Assembly (NCBI GenBank): GCA_047619465.1
Contig: JBLHJW010000002.1
Location: 1-42,638, forward strand
Direction of reading: 5' to 3'
Length of the DNA stretch: 42,638 nt
Source of the DNA: Minisyncoccia bacterium
GTDB lineage: Bacteria; Patescibacteriota; Minisyncoccia; Phycocordibacterales; CSBR16-119
A program made the position numbers and the translations under genes. This document shows, piece by piece, positions 8,764 to 18,017 of the stretch (positions are counted from its first letter, which is position 1; each line of letters begins with the position of its first letter). Below the pieces are notes generated by a model that had not been told where the DNA came from, did not search any database, and was given only the letters and a program-made list of their open reading frames with translations.

Positions 8764-9450
8764 ATGACAGAAAAAGGAATAAATGAGGCTAAATTAAAGT
8801 TTAATGAGACTGCTGGTCTAGGGCCAGACCTATTAAAAATTTCATGGTTACATAAATCATCTCGAAACCACTTGGTTAGTGTTACATATCAGGACGCTTG
8901 GCTTGACGAGATTACCATGAATTTTTCCTTCTCTACATCAGAAATTCAAAATACTCCAATCAGGGTTATAGACACTAAAGATAAAGATTGGAGAAATATG
9001 AAGATTGTAGTCGAGAAAGATTTTACTGTTGATCGACTAATATTCTATATTGGAAACGTAATAAGAAAGAACATTAGAGGATCAAAAGTGGAGAGGATTG
9101 CATTTGATTTTTTTTGCGACCTAGCAGAAAGAAACGATAATTTTGATACACCAAAAAGATCAACTGAAGAGGAAGATTCCTATAAAGGTATTGACTTCTT
9201 TGTGTTTGTAAAGTCTGGTTATGAAAAAGACCCAGTGAAGAAAATTGCTTTGGACATTAAAAGTGATCGTGTTTTTCAAAAAAAAACAGCGAGCAAGAAT
9301 AGAGAGATGAAAAGGCTGGTCTCTACTATTTGTCTGAGGGAAAAGGAGCATTTAGAGTTGAACGAGAATGATATCGTTGAAAGGATGCTATTGTGTGCAA
9401 ACAAGAACCATATATTTAATATAGACTATAGTAGACCTACTGTTCAGTAG
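8764..9450 (+). CDS. Hypothetical protein, possible PD-(D/E)xK nuclease fold
   Basis: ATG at 8764 is preferred over the TTG at 8728. GIDFFVFV...IALDIKSD fits a D...(D/E)xK pattern, which is weak motif-level evidence only. Confidence 0.6.
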   Translation: MTEKGINEAKLKFNETAGLGPDLLKISWLHKSSRNHLVSVTYQDAWLDEITMNFSFSTSEIQNTPIRVIDTKDKDWRNMKIVVEKDFTVDRLIFYIGNVIRKNIRGSKVERIAFDFFCDLAERNDNFDTPKRSTEEEDSYKGIDFFVFVKSGYEKDPVKKIALDIKSDRVFQKKTASKNREMKRLVSTICLREKEHLELNENDIVERMLLCANKNHIFNIDYSRPTVQ

Positions 9451-9460
9451 GTCTATTTTA
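9432..9460 (+). terminator. Rho-independent terminator overlapping the stop codon
   Basis: TAGACCTACT-GTTC-AGTAGGTCTA followed by TTTTATT. Confidence 0.8.
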
Positions 9461-9511
9461 TTACCCGGATATTGATATTTAATATTTTTAGGGTAGTGTA
9501 CAATAATCATT

Positions 9512-10606
9512 ATGAAAACAAGTGAAGGAAAAAAAGTGTTTGTAGGAGTATCTGGAGGTGTAGATTCATCTGTTTCTTTAGCGTTGCTCCAGGAGCAGGG
9601 ATACGATGTGACCGGTGTTTTTATAAAGACCTGGCAGCCCGAATGGATAGAGTGCACTTGGCGTGATGAGCGTCGTGATGCCATGCGAGTATGTGCTCAC
9701 TTAGGCGTTGATTTTGTAACTCTTGATTTAGAAAAAGCATATAAGGAAGGTGTAGCTGATTATATGATTGCAGAATATCGATCAGGTAGAACTCCAAACC
9801 CAGACGTAATGTGCAATAAAGAAGTAAAATTCGGTGGATTTTTAGACTGGGCTCTGGAAAATGGCGCTGACTATATTGCAACAGGGCACTACACTAGAAA
9901 CAGTGATAAAGAAGGCCGCCAAAGAATGCTTGAGGGAAAAGATAAAAACAAGGACCAGTCTTACTTCCTATGGACGCTAACTCAAGACCAACTGAAGCAC
10001 ACAATTTTCCCAATAGGGGATATTCCAAAACCAAAAGTTCGAGAGCTTGCTGAGAAGTTCAATCTGCCGACAGCAAGCAAAAAGGACAGCCAAGGGGTGT
10101 GCTTTATTGGAGAGATAGATATGAAAGATTTTCTGGGTCACTATATAGATGAGAAGAACGGGGATGTTTTAAATACAGACGGAGAAGTCATCGGTGAACA
10201 CAACGGAGCTTTTCTTTTGACTATTGGTGAGAGACATGGATTCACTATCTCAAAAAAGGGAACAGAGGATAAAGCCCTATTCGTTGTAGAAAAGGATGCC
10301 GATAAAAATACTGTGACTGTTTCTGAGAAATCACCATTTGATGAGAAAGAAGGAAATACAGCTGGATATACAAAAGAAGTTTCATTGATTAAAACAAATT
10401 GGATTCCAACAGCCTTTCCTCCCTTTGGAAAGGACTTTGAGGCACGGGTACGGTATCGCGGTGAGCGACACAAATGTAACTTCATGCAGGTTAGAGATGA
10501 CACAGCTTTACTTGTTTTTGAAAATCCTGTTTGGGGTGTATCAGCCGGGCAATCAGTTGTTGTTTATGATAAAGAGGAGTGTATTGGGGGAGGTATTATC
10601 TCCTAG
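9512..10606 (+). CDS. mnmA: tRNA-specific 2-thiouridylase MnmA
   Basis: PP-loop VGVSGGVDSSV, KDQSYFL motif, catalytic Cys context. TACAAT lies 7 nt before the ATG. Confidence 0.95.
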   Translation: MKTSEGKKVFVGVSGGVDSSVSLALLQEQGYDVTGVFIKTWQPEWIECTWRDERRDAMRVCAHLGVDFVTLDLEKAYKEGVADYMIAEYRSGRTPNPDVMCNKEVKFGGFLDWALENGADYIATGHYTRNSDKEGRQRMLEGKDKNKDQSYFLWTLTQDQLKHTIFPIGDIPKPKVRELAEKFNLPTASKKDSQGVCFIGEIDMKDFLGHYIDEKNGDVLNTDGEVIGEHNGAFLLTIGERHGFTISKKGTEDKALFVVEKDADKNTVTVSEKSPFDEKEGNTAGYTKEVSLIKTNWIPTAFPPFGKDFEARVRYRGERHKCNFMQVRDDTALLVFENPVWGVSAGQSVVVYDKEECIGGGIIS

Positions 10607-10654
10607 TTATATATGATAGTATTGTCTAAAATTGTATAGGTAAAGAAATATTTA

Positions 10655-11029
10655 ATGATTCCAACAGATGGATACCTTTTGGATGAGTTTACAGAACACA
10701 TTCAAAGATATAAAGAGGTAAAAGGTTTTCTTGTTTCAAGAAAGCGCATACTACATTGGCTGAAGAAATTTAAGAATGTTGGTGTCTATGAAAGAAACTA
10801 CACCTTCAAGGATGCTTGGTTGCACAATCTAGATCTTTTCCATGACATGTCTGTTAATAGGGCTCATTTGGAAAAATACAAAAAAAGATTTGCAAAATAT
10901 GAATACCATCATCCTCAATTTGGATTTATCAAAGTCTATAAGCACATAAAGCTTTTTGATTTTGAAGGAGAAATAGTACTTGTTATTTCTCTTCCAAAAG
11001 AAGAAAAATTACCAAAGGGACTTCTGTAA
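10655..11029 (+). CDS. Hypothetical protein
   Basis: 124-aa ORF with no recognisable family. Confidence 0.55.
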   Translation: MIPTDGYLLDEFTEHIQRYKEVKGFLVSRKRILHWLKKFKNVGVYERNYTFKDAWLHNLDLFHDMSVNRAHLEKYKKRFAKYEYHHPQFGFIKVYKHIKLFDFEGEIVLVISLPKEEKLPKGLL

Positions 11030-11120
11030 TGGGGTCTTTTTTATTACCTTTTTTATATTTGACTTAATATTGGAAAAGGGTAGTATCAAATAAAAGGATA
11101 GAAACAAAAAAAACCAGTAA

Positions 11121-11588
11121 ATGGAAAAGGTGAAAAAGATAGAAAAGAGTGCAGATCCAACATGGGCTGATCATTTTAGAGAGGTGATTATTCATGGTCG
11201 CAAATTTGAAGTCCATTTCACCACAAGGGGAAAAATTTCAGACTGGTTTCTTTTAGAATTTGGCAAGGTAACTCTCCAGGAAAGGGTTTATCATATTCCT
11301 GGAAAAGAATGGATCACGGTAGAGACTCTTGCTGATGATGTATATATTACAAAAGGGTATGCTATCAAACATGGAAAGGGATATGCTAAGTATCGCATTA
11401 TCCATGAGGATTATGACTTTTACTTTATTATTTACAAGAACCTAAAGAACTGGGGCGCAGGATATAGATCACCAAGGGCTGTTGTGATTGAGAAGGACGG
11501 GTTAGAATTTCCTGTAAAGCTATTTGTTCAACCAGTAAAGATAGAGAAAACATTCTTGGAAATATTCTGTAGTCTATTTCTTCCCTAA
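11121..11588 (+). CDS. Hypothetical protein
   Basis: 155-aa ORF. Candidate promoter TTGACT-16-TAGTAT at 11059-11086 and a terminator downstream. Confidence 0.6.
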   Translation: MEKVKKIEKSADPTWADHFREVIIHGRKFEVHFTTRGKISDWFLLEFGKVTLQERVYHIPGKEWITVETLADDVYITKGYAIKHGKGYAKYRIIHEDYDFYFIIYKNLKNWGAGYRSPRAVVIEKDGLEFPVKLFVQPVKIEKTFLEIFCSLFLP

Positions 11589-11599
11589 AAACCATCAAA

Positions 11600-11626
11600 A
11601 GAGTTCCAATTGGGGCTCTTTTTTAT
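11600..11626 (+). terminator. Rho-independent terminator
   Basis: AGAGTTCC-AATT-GGGGCTCT (with G-U pairs) followed by TTTTTTATTT. Confidence 0.7.
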
Positions 11627-11652
11627 TTGTCTTAGTTTGATATACTAGACTA

Positions 11653-13437
11653 ATGACACATCATGAAATAAGACAGAGATTTCTAAATTTCTTTGAGAAG
11701 CGAGGACATACAGTTCTTCCTTCAGCCTCTCTTGTAACCACAGACGAACCAGGTCAAACAAACAAAACACTGTTTAATACTGCAGGCATGCAGCCACTTG
11801 TTCCGTATCTAATGGGAGAAGTTCATCCAGATGGACAGAGGCTTGCTAGTGCTCAGAAATGTCTACGAACAGTAGATATAGAAGAGGTTGGAGATAATAC
11901 CCATAATACTTTTTTTGAAATGCTTGGAAATTGGTCTCTTGGAGATTATTTCAAGGAGGATGCTATTAACTGGAGTTATGAATTTCTAACGAACCCGGAG
12001 GAGGGTCTTGGGTTGGACTCGTCTCGCATCTACGTGACAGTTTTTGCGGGGAATGATGACGTTCCAAGAGACATGGAATCTGTAGAGATATGGAAATCTA
12101 TTGGAATTTCCGAAGATAGAATATATTTCCGTGATAGTAAGGACAATTGGTGGACAGCTGGGGCTGATTCTCCTGCGGGTCCATCATCTGAGATGTTCTA
12201 CGATTTGACTGGAGAGCTTGGAGATATGACATCCGATGAGTTTGAGAAGGCGGATCATGATCAAAAAGTTTTAGAGATTTGGAATGATGTCTTTATGTCT
12301 TACAGACAAGAGGCTGGAAAAGTTGTCGGAGATCTGCCACAGAAAAATGTGGATACAGGAGCTGGTCTAGAACGAATCACTGCCGTGGTTCAAGAAAAAG
12401 CACATATATATGAGACAACTATTTTTGCTCCATATATTTCATATATAAAAGAAAACTCACTAAACTACAATGAAGTAAAAGCTCGAATAATTGCTGACCA
12501 CTTCCGGGCGACAGTTTTTATAATATCAGATGGTATTTTTCCTTCAAACACAGATAGAGGGTATGTGCTCCGAAGGCTTATTCGAAGACTAATAATGGCG
12601 GGAAGAAATATATCTTTCTCTGGAGAGTATGATGATTTGGTAGAAATGATAGAAACTGATTATTCTTCTGTGTATAGAAATATAGACAAGATGAAAGTAA
12701 GTGAAATATTCGAAAATGAAAAAGTTAAGTTTGAGAAGGCAATAGAAAGGGGTCAGAAAGAACTTGCTAAGCTTTCTTCAAAAGATGAATTTATCCTATC
12801 AGGAGAAGATCTTTCATTGTTAGAGCAGACTCACGGCCTACCAGTAGAGCTAACACTGTCTCTTGCTGTAGAGTCTGGAGCCTCTGTTTCAGATTCAGCA
12901 GTTCGTGACTATGAAGACCTGGTAAAAAAACACAAAAAACTTTCCCAAACCTCAGCAGAAGGAAAGTTTAAGGGTGGCTTGGCAGGCGAGAGCGAGATAG
13001 AGATTAAGTACCATACGACCACTCACATGCTTCACCAGGCCCTTAGAGAGGTTCTAGGTAATCATGTAACACAGAAGGGAAGCAATATCACCCCAGATCG
13101 TCTTAGATTTGATTTTTCTCACAGTGAAAAGATGACAGACGAAGAAAAGAGCAGAGTGGAGGATTTAATTAATGAAAAAATAGAGGAAGACTTGCCAGTT
13201 CTTAAAGACGAAATGACCCTTGACCAAGCACGTGAGGCTGGAGCCCTGGGTGTATTTGGTGACAAATATGGAGAAACAGTTAATGTTTATGAAATAGGAA
13301 AAGGAGAAGATATATTCTCAAAAGAAATATGCGGTGGTCCACATGTAGAATCTACTGGCGTACTTGGCAAATTTAGAATAAAAAAAGAAGAAGCCAGCTC
13401 GGCTGGAGTGCGAAGAATAAAAGCAGTGTTGGAATAA
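11653..13437 (+). CDS. alaS: Alanine--tRNA ligase, short form lacking the C-Ala domain
   Basis: Class II AlaRS N-terminus (IRQRFLNFFEKRGHT). Editing domain has HTTTHMLH and CGGPHV and ends right after GVRRIKAV. TGaTATACT lies 6 nt before the ATG. Confidence 0.95.
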   Translation: MTHHEIRQRFLNFFEKRGHTVLPSASLVTTDEPGQTNKTLFNTAGMQPLVPYLMGEVHPDGQRLASAQKCLRTVDIEEVGDNTHNTFFEMLGNWSLGDYFKEDAINWSYEFLTNPEEGLGLDSSRIYVTVFAGNDDVPRDMESVEIWKSIGISEDRIYFRDSKDNWWTAGADSPAGPSSEMFYDLTGELGDMTSDEFEKADHDQKVLEIWNDVFMSYRQEAGKVVGDLPQKNVDTGAGLERITAVVQEKAHIYETTIFAPYISYIKENSLNYNEVKARIIADHFRATVFIISDGIFPSNTDRGYVLRRLIRRLIMAGRNISFSGEYDDLVEMIETDYSSVYRNIDKMKVSEIFENEKVKFEKAIERGQKELAKLSSKDEFILSGEDLSLLEQTHGLPVELTLSLAVESGASVSDSAVRDYEDLVKKHKKLSQTSAEGKFKGGLAGESEIEIKYHTTTHMLHQALREVLGNHVTQKGSNITPDRLRFDFSHSEKMTDEEKSRVEDLINEKIEEDLPVLKDEMTLDQAREAGALGVFGDKYGETVNVYEIGKGEDIFSKEICGGPHVESTGVLGKFRIKKEEASSAGVRRIKAVLE

Positions 13438-13444
13438 TCCACTG

Positions 13445-13474
13445 AAAGAGACTCATCTGAGTCTCTTTTTTATT
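13445..13474 (+). terminator. Rho-independent terminator
   Basis: AAAGAGACTCA-TC-TGAGTCTCTTT followed by TTTATTTT. Confidence 0.85.
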
Positions 13475-13495
13475 TTGTTGATGTATAATAAAAGA

Positions 13496-14671
13496 ATGTT
13501 TAACCGATTATTTGGTAGGCGAGGAAGAAAGCCCAAAGTTTCAATAGTTTTTGACATTGGTAGCGACTCTGTCGCTGGTTCGGTTGTTCACTTTACTGGA
13601 AACTCAGAGGAGTCTCCTAGGATTATCTACTCAAAAAGAACTCATTGGCATAGTGAGAATCAGTCTTCATATGAAGACATTCTTCGATCCATGAAGTATA
13701 CACTTGGAAATGTTGCTCGAGTCATACAAGAAAAGAATTTCCCAATTTCTCGCGGAAGCGAGATCTATGTTACTTTTTCTGCTCCATGGTTTGCAAATGA
13801 GACAAGAAGAGCAGAGTTATCTAGAAAAACTGTATTTACAGTTACAAAAAATATTTTAGATAAAATTAAAGACAAAGAAATAAAAAGTTTTTACAAAGAG
13901 GGTGAAAAAGTTTATGGGGAAGATTTTGAAGTTATTGAAAAAAGCATCATAGATGTTTCAGTTAACGGATATCCCACAGATAAGCCTGTTGGCAAAAAGA
14001 CAAAGAATATAAACATGAGTATTTATGTGAGTGTTGCGCCCAAGGATGTGATATATACAGTTAGAGACGTACTGGGAAGGGTTTTACATCACAATATTAG
14101 CTTTCATACAACAACGCTTACATCATATATTGTTTCAAGAGATTATTTCGCAAGGGACAAGGATTATATTTTCATGAATATAGGAGGAGAGCTTACTGAC
14201 CTACTTGTTGTTAGAAACAACACAATTTTCCAGTCACTGTCATTCCCTCTAGGTCTCAACTTCTTTTATAAACACATGGCCAGCAGTCTTGAGTCATCTA
14301 CTCATGAGGTGGAGTCTCTTCTTCTTGCCGCTCAGAATAAGCACCTACATGGTGAAACTCAGAAAAATGTGGAAGGCGCCAAAGCTAAAGCATATAAGGC
14401 TTACGAAAAGCACCTTGAGTCTGTTTTTCGTCAACTGAGCTCTAACTACAAACTTCCTCAAGATATTTACCTTTCAGGATTTGATTTATTCGACAGTGAT
14501 TTTAGAAGATTGATTGAGTCAGAACATTTTGGTCTTTACTCAATGTTAGATATACCATTTGACGTTACCTTTATAAACAAGACAAAGATTCACACATATC
14601 TTCGTTATCAAGACGGTATTAAAAGAGATTTATTTGTTTCATTATCAGTCTTATATTTAAACCATATTTAA
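13496..14671 (+). CDS. Actin-like ATPase superfamily protein (PilM/FtsA-like), function unknown
   Basis: VFDIGSDSVAG (phosphate-1-like) and MNIGGELTDL (phosphate-2-like). The start is set at ATG 13496 because TATAAT (13484-13489) lies 6 nt upstream; the tracked ORF starts at TTG 13475. Confidence 0.65.
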   Translation: MFNRLFGRRGRKPKVSIVFDIGSDSVAGSVVHFTGNSEESPRIIYSKRTHWHSENQSSYEDILRSMKYTLGNVARVIQEKNFPISRGSEIYVTFSAPWFANETRRAELSRKTVFTVTKNILDKIKDKEIKSFYKEGEKVYGEDFEVIEKSIIDVSVNGYPTDKPVGKKTKNINMSIYVSVAPKDVIYTVRDVLGRVLHHNISFHTTTLTSYIVSRDYFARDKDYIFMNIGGELTDLLVVRNNTIFQSLSFPLGLNFFYKHMASSLESSTHEVESLLLAAQNKHLHGETQKNVEGAKAKAYKAYEKHLESVFRQLSSNYKLPQDIYLSGFDLFDSDFRRLIESEHFGLYSMLDIPFDVTFINKTKIHTYLRYQDGIKRDLFVSLSVLYLNHI

Positions 14672-14673
14672 TT

Positions 14674-15990
14674 ATGCCCCCTAAAAAAAGAACAATTCAA
14701 GATATTAAACCGTCCAAAAAGGCGACGACTGTCCGTAACAAAGTTTCTACGACAAGAAAAAAGGCAGTTAAGGCTCTTGAGACTAAGGATCTCAAAGATT
14801 CTCGTTCATCTGCAGCTAAGCGGAGCAAGAAAAGTGAACCATCAAAAATCCTGAGAGAGGGTAAATCTATATGGATTTTAGTTGTCGTTGTTTTTGCTTT
14901 CTTCCTCTCAGCATTCTCTCTTTTGTTTTCAGGTTCAACAGTTGTTATAACTCCAAAACAAGTAACGCTTCCAGATGGTAAAATACTACTATCCGGTGAG
15001 AAAGACAGCACAGAAGGACTTTCCTTCCAGAGCATTTCTGTAGACGGTGAAAGGTCTGTACTTATCAAATCAAGCGATTCATCTCCTGTTGAGAGAGGAG
15101 CTACAGGTGTCGTTACTATCTACAACAACCACAGTACTAAAAATCAGAACTTATTAATTGACACTAGAATTCTTGGTTCAAATGGAGTAATTTATAAAAC
15201 AAAAACCGCAGCCGTTATTCCAGGTCAAAAGAAAGCAGATGGAGATCTTGTGCCAGGCAAGATTGATGTAGAAGTTTACGCAGATGTTCTTGGTGTTTCT
15301 GGAAACCTGGGTATGTCTGATTTCTCTATTGTTGGATTTAAAGGAACCAGTAAAGAACAGTCTTTCTATGGTAGATCTAAGACAGAAATAAATGGTGGTT
15401 TTAATGGATTGTTGCACTCGTTAACTCAGGACATTGCTATCTTAGAGAAAGAGAAGCTGAGAGATCTACTAAAAAATGATCTAAAGTCGAAATTGGAAGC
15501 ACAAATACCTGAAGGATATATTCTGATCGATAATTCAGAAGAATACGTAGTTTTGGATAAAAATGATAGATATGAATCAGATACTGAAAGTGTAGAGGTT
15601 TTTGAAAAAGGCTCGCTTATAGCTTTGATTGCAGACAGTAATATTTTGGCTGAATCTGTGGCAAGAGAGACTGTTACAACTTATGTAGAAGGAGATAGAA
15701 TTTACTTGAATAATATAGAATCTCTATTGGTCGCTCTTGTTGGTTCGCCTATTGGAATAGATGCCCTAGAAGAAATTAATATATCAGTCAAAGGTAAGCC
15801 ATCTCTTGTTTGGATTCTTGACGAAGACAAGATTAAGTACAACTTGGTGGGGACAAGGAAAAAACAGTTTGAGACAGTCATGTCTCGATATGAGTATGTA
15901 AATAAAGCCAAACTAAAAATCAGACCTTTTTGGCGGTCCAAACTTCCTGAAGAAATAGAGGATATAGAAATTACATATTACCTAGATTAG
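14674..15990 (+). CDS. Hypothetical membrane-anchored protein (basic N-tail, one TM helix, large exo-domain)
   Basis: 438-aa ORF. Its ATG lies 2 nt after the stop of the actin-like gene. Confidence 0.7.
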   Translation: MPPKKRTIQDIKPSKKATTVRNKVSTTRKKAVKALETKDLKDSRSSAAKRSKKSEPSKILREGKSIWILVVVVFAFFLSAFSLLFSGSTVVITPKQVTLPDGKILLSGEKDSTEGLSFQSISVDGERSVLIKSSDSSPVERGATGVVTIYNNHSTKNQNLLIDTRILGSNGVIYKTKTAAVIPGQKKADGDLVPGKIDVEVYADVLGVSGNLGMSDFSIVGFKGTSKEQSFYGRSKTEINGGFNGLLHSLTQDIAILEKEKLRDLLKNDLKSKLEAQIPEGYILIDNSEEYVVLDKNDRYESDTESVEVFEKGSLIALIADSNILAESVARETVTTYVEGDRIYLNNIESLLVALVGSPIGIDALEEINISVKGKPSLVWILDEDKIKYNLVGTRKKQFETVMSRYEYVNKAKLKIRPFWRSKLPEEIEDIEITYYLD

Positions 15991-16034
15991 CCATTGTTTT
16001 AAAATGCTTTTATGTTAATATATCAATCATACAT

Positions 16035-16247
16035 ATGGCAAAAGCAGAAGACATCCGAGTTACAGGAAAAATAACAGAATCACTCCCAAATACTACCTTT
16101 AGAATTGACGGCGAGAATGGCAAATTAATTTTGGCGTATCTTTCTGGAAAAATGAAAAGGTACAGAATCAAGGTTATGGTTGGTGACACTGTCGAAGTTA
16201 TAGTTGATCAGAACGGTGACAAGGGCCGAATTGATCGTAGATTATAA
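16035..16247 (+). CDS. infA: Translation initiation factor IF-1
   Basis: S1-like IF-1 sequence (VTGKITESLPNTTFRI...GKMKRYRIKVMVGDTVEV). Confidence 0.95.
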   Translation: MAKAEDIRVTGKITESLPNTTFRIDGENGKLILAYLSGKMKRYRIKVMVGDTVEVIVDQNGDKGRIDRRL

Positions 16248-16355
16248 GAAATACCCACTTTTAACATGTTTAGGGTTGCTTTTTTAAAAGAGATAATGTA
16301 TTATCTCTCCCGTTACTTAAAAGAGGGAAAAGCCACTTTTTACTTACACATTTAT

Positions 16356-16478
16356 ATGAAAATCAAGTCCTCAATTAAAAGATCAGACCTCCGAAACGGT
16401 GAGCAACTTGTTCGCAGAAAAGGAAGACTATATCGAATTAACAAAGCAGATCCTCGACGTAAGGCACGTCAAGGTTAA
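16356..16478 (+). CDS. rpmJ: 50S ribosomal protein L36, Cys-less (C-minus, YkgO-like) form
   Basis: The 40-aa product [40 protein letters not shown] matches the L36 pattern. All four zinc ligands are absent. Canonical position between infA and rpsM. Confidence 0.85.
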   Translation: MKIKSSIKRSDLRNGEQLVRRKGRLYRINKADPRRKARQG

Positions 16479-16496
16479 TTAAACATTATATTATAT

Positions 16497-16877
16497 ATGC
16501 GAGTTTTAGGTATTACAATTCCAGATGAAAAAAGAGTAGAAAGAGGCTTAACTGTACTATTTGGTATTGGTCTTTCTCAATCACAAAAAATGCTTGAAAA
16601 AGCAAAGGTGGACAAGAATAAAAAGGCGAAGGATCTAACCGAAGCAGAAGAGGCAACTCTTAGAAAGCTTATCGATGATATGACCCTAGAGGGAGACTTG
16701 AGACGAGAAGTAATTTCAAACATCAAGAGACTTAAAGATATTGAGTCATATCGTGGAAGTAGACACTCAAAAAGACTACCTGTTAGAGGTCAACGAACAA
16801 AGTCAAATTCTCGAACCGGTCGAGGAAATACTCGAAACACTATGGGGTCGGGAAAAACTAAGACAGACAAAAAATAG
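16497..16877 (+). CDS. rpsM: 30S ribosomal protein S13
   Basis: S13 sequence and conserved operon position. Confidence 0.95.
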   Translation: MRVLGITIPDEKRVERGLTVLFGIGLSQSQKMLEKAKVDKNKKAKDLTEAEEATLRKLIDDMTLEGDLRREVISNIKRLKDIESYRGSRHSKRLPVRGQRTKSNSRTGRGNTRNTMGSGKTKTDKK

Positions 16878-16889
16878 CCAGATAATAAT

Positions 16890-17324
16890 ATGGGAAAAAA
16901 ACGAATCATAAAAAAGTCCGGAGGGACAATGAATAGGGAGCTTCGAAATCGATCAGCTGGTCGACTAGGTAAGAGAAAGCTTACTTCTGGTATTTTGTAT
17001 GTTCAGGCAACTTTCAATAACACAAAAGCTATCTTCACTGACGATCAAGGTAATATGATTTTCGGATCATCTTCAGGGTCTCTTGGATTCAAAGGAGCAA
17101 AAAAGGGAACACCTTTTGCTGCTGGACGAGTTGGAGAACTACTAGGAGAAAAAGCCAAAGCCATTGGCGTAAAAGAAGTAGATATTATCGTGAAAGGGGT
17201 TGGTTCTGGTCGCGAGCCTACAATTCGTTCTTTCATGGGACATGGGATTGATATCAAGTCTATCAAGGATAGAACTCCGGTTCCACACAACGGTCCTAGA
17301 GCGCGTAAGCCACGAAGAGTTTAA
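16890..17324 (+). CDS. rpsK: 30S ribosomal protein S11
   Basis: YVQATFNNT..., GFKGAKKGTPFAA, PHNGPRARKPRRV. Confidence 0.95.
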   Translation: MGKKRIIKKSGGTMNRELRNRSAGRLGKRKLTSGILYVQATFNNTKAIFTDDQGNMIFGSSSGSLGFKGAKKGTPFAAGRVGELLGEKAKAIGVKEVDIIVKGVGSGREPTIRSFMGHGIDIKSIKDRTPVPHNGPRARKPRRV

Positions 17325-17339
17325 TTTAAATATATAATT

Positions 17340-17948
17340 ATGATAATCGGAGCAAAATATAAAATATGTCGTCGACTTGGTTCAGGTGTTTTTGAAAAAT
17401 GTCAAAACCAAAAGTTCTCTCTTTCAGAGGCTCGTCACGAAAAATCAAAAAGAGGAAAACGTCGTAAGCAGATTTCTGACTACGGACAACAGCTAATCGA
17501 AAAACAAAAAATTCGATTCTCTTACGGAATCTCAGAAAGACAGCTTAAAAACTACGCCAAAGAAGCAGCAAGCATGAAGAATGTTACTGCTAGAGAGGCT
17601 CTTTTCCAACTCCTAGAGTCTAGACTTGATAATACTCTATATCGAATGGGAATAGCTGTTACTCGCCCTCTAGCTCGACAAATGGCCTCTCACGGGCATT
17701 TTACAGTCAATGGCAGCAGAACAACAGTTCCGTCTTATAAGCTGAAAGCAGGTGATGTTGTTGCTCTTCGTGAAGGAAGCAAGTCACGAACTCTTTTCCA
17801 GAACATAGACAAGAAACTAGCAAAATATACATCTCCATCATGGTTGTCGTTTGATTCTAAGAACATATCAGGATCAATCACGGGACTGCCAGTGAACAAT
17901 GAAACATTCCTAGACTTCGGTTCGGTTCTTGAATTTTACAGTAGATAG
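17340..17948 (+). CDS. rpsD: 30S ribosomal protein S4
   Basis: S4 N-domain and S4 RNA-binding domain (RLDNTLYRMG...). Confidence 0.95.
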   Translation: MIIGAKYKICRRLGSGVFEKCQNQKFSLSEARHEKSKRGKRRKQISDYGQQLIEKQKIRFSYGISERQLKNYAKEAASMKNVTAREALFQLLESRLDNTLYRMGIAVTRPLARQMASHGHFTVNGSRTTVPSYKLKAGDVVALREGSKSRTLFQNIDKKLAKYTSPSWLSFDSKNISGSITGLPVNNETFLDFGSVLEFYSR

Positions 17949-18017
17949 TCTGATTAAAACACTTATCAATTTTTATTAGATTATAAATAACGATCTTTGG
18001 ATCAAACAAAAATCTCT

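Noticed and set aside
16266-16355. 70-aa ORF read as a long L36 precursor.
   Set aside because: Only the last 40 aa match L36. The upstream part covers a hairpin-containing spacer.
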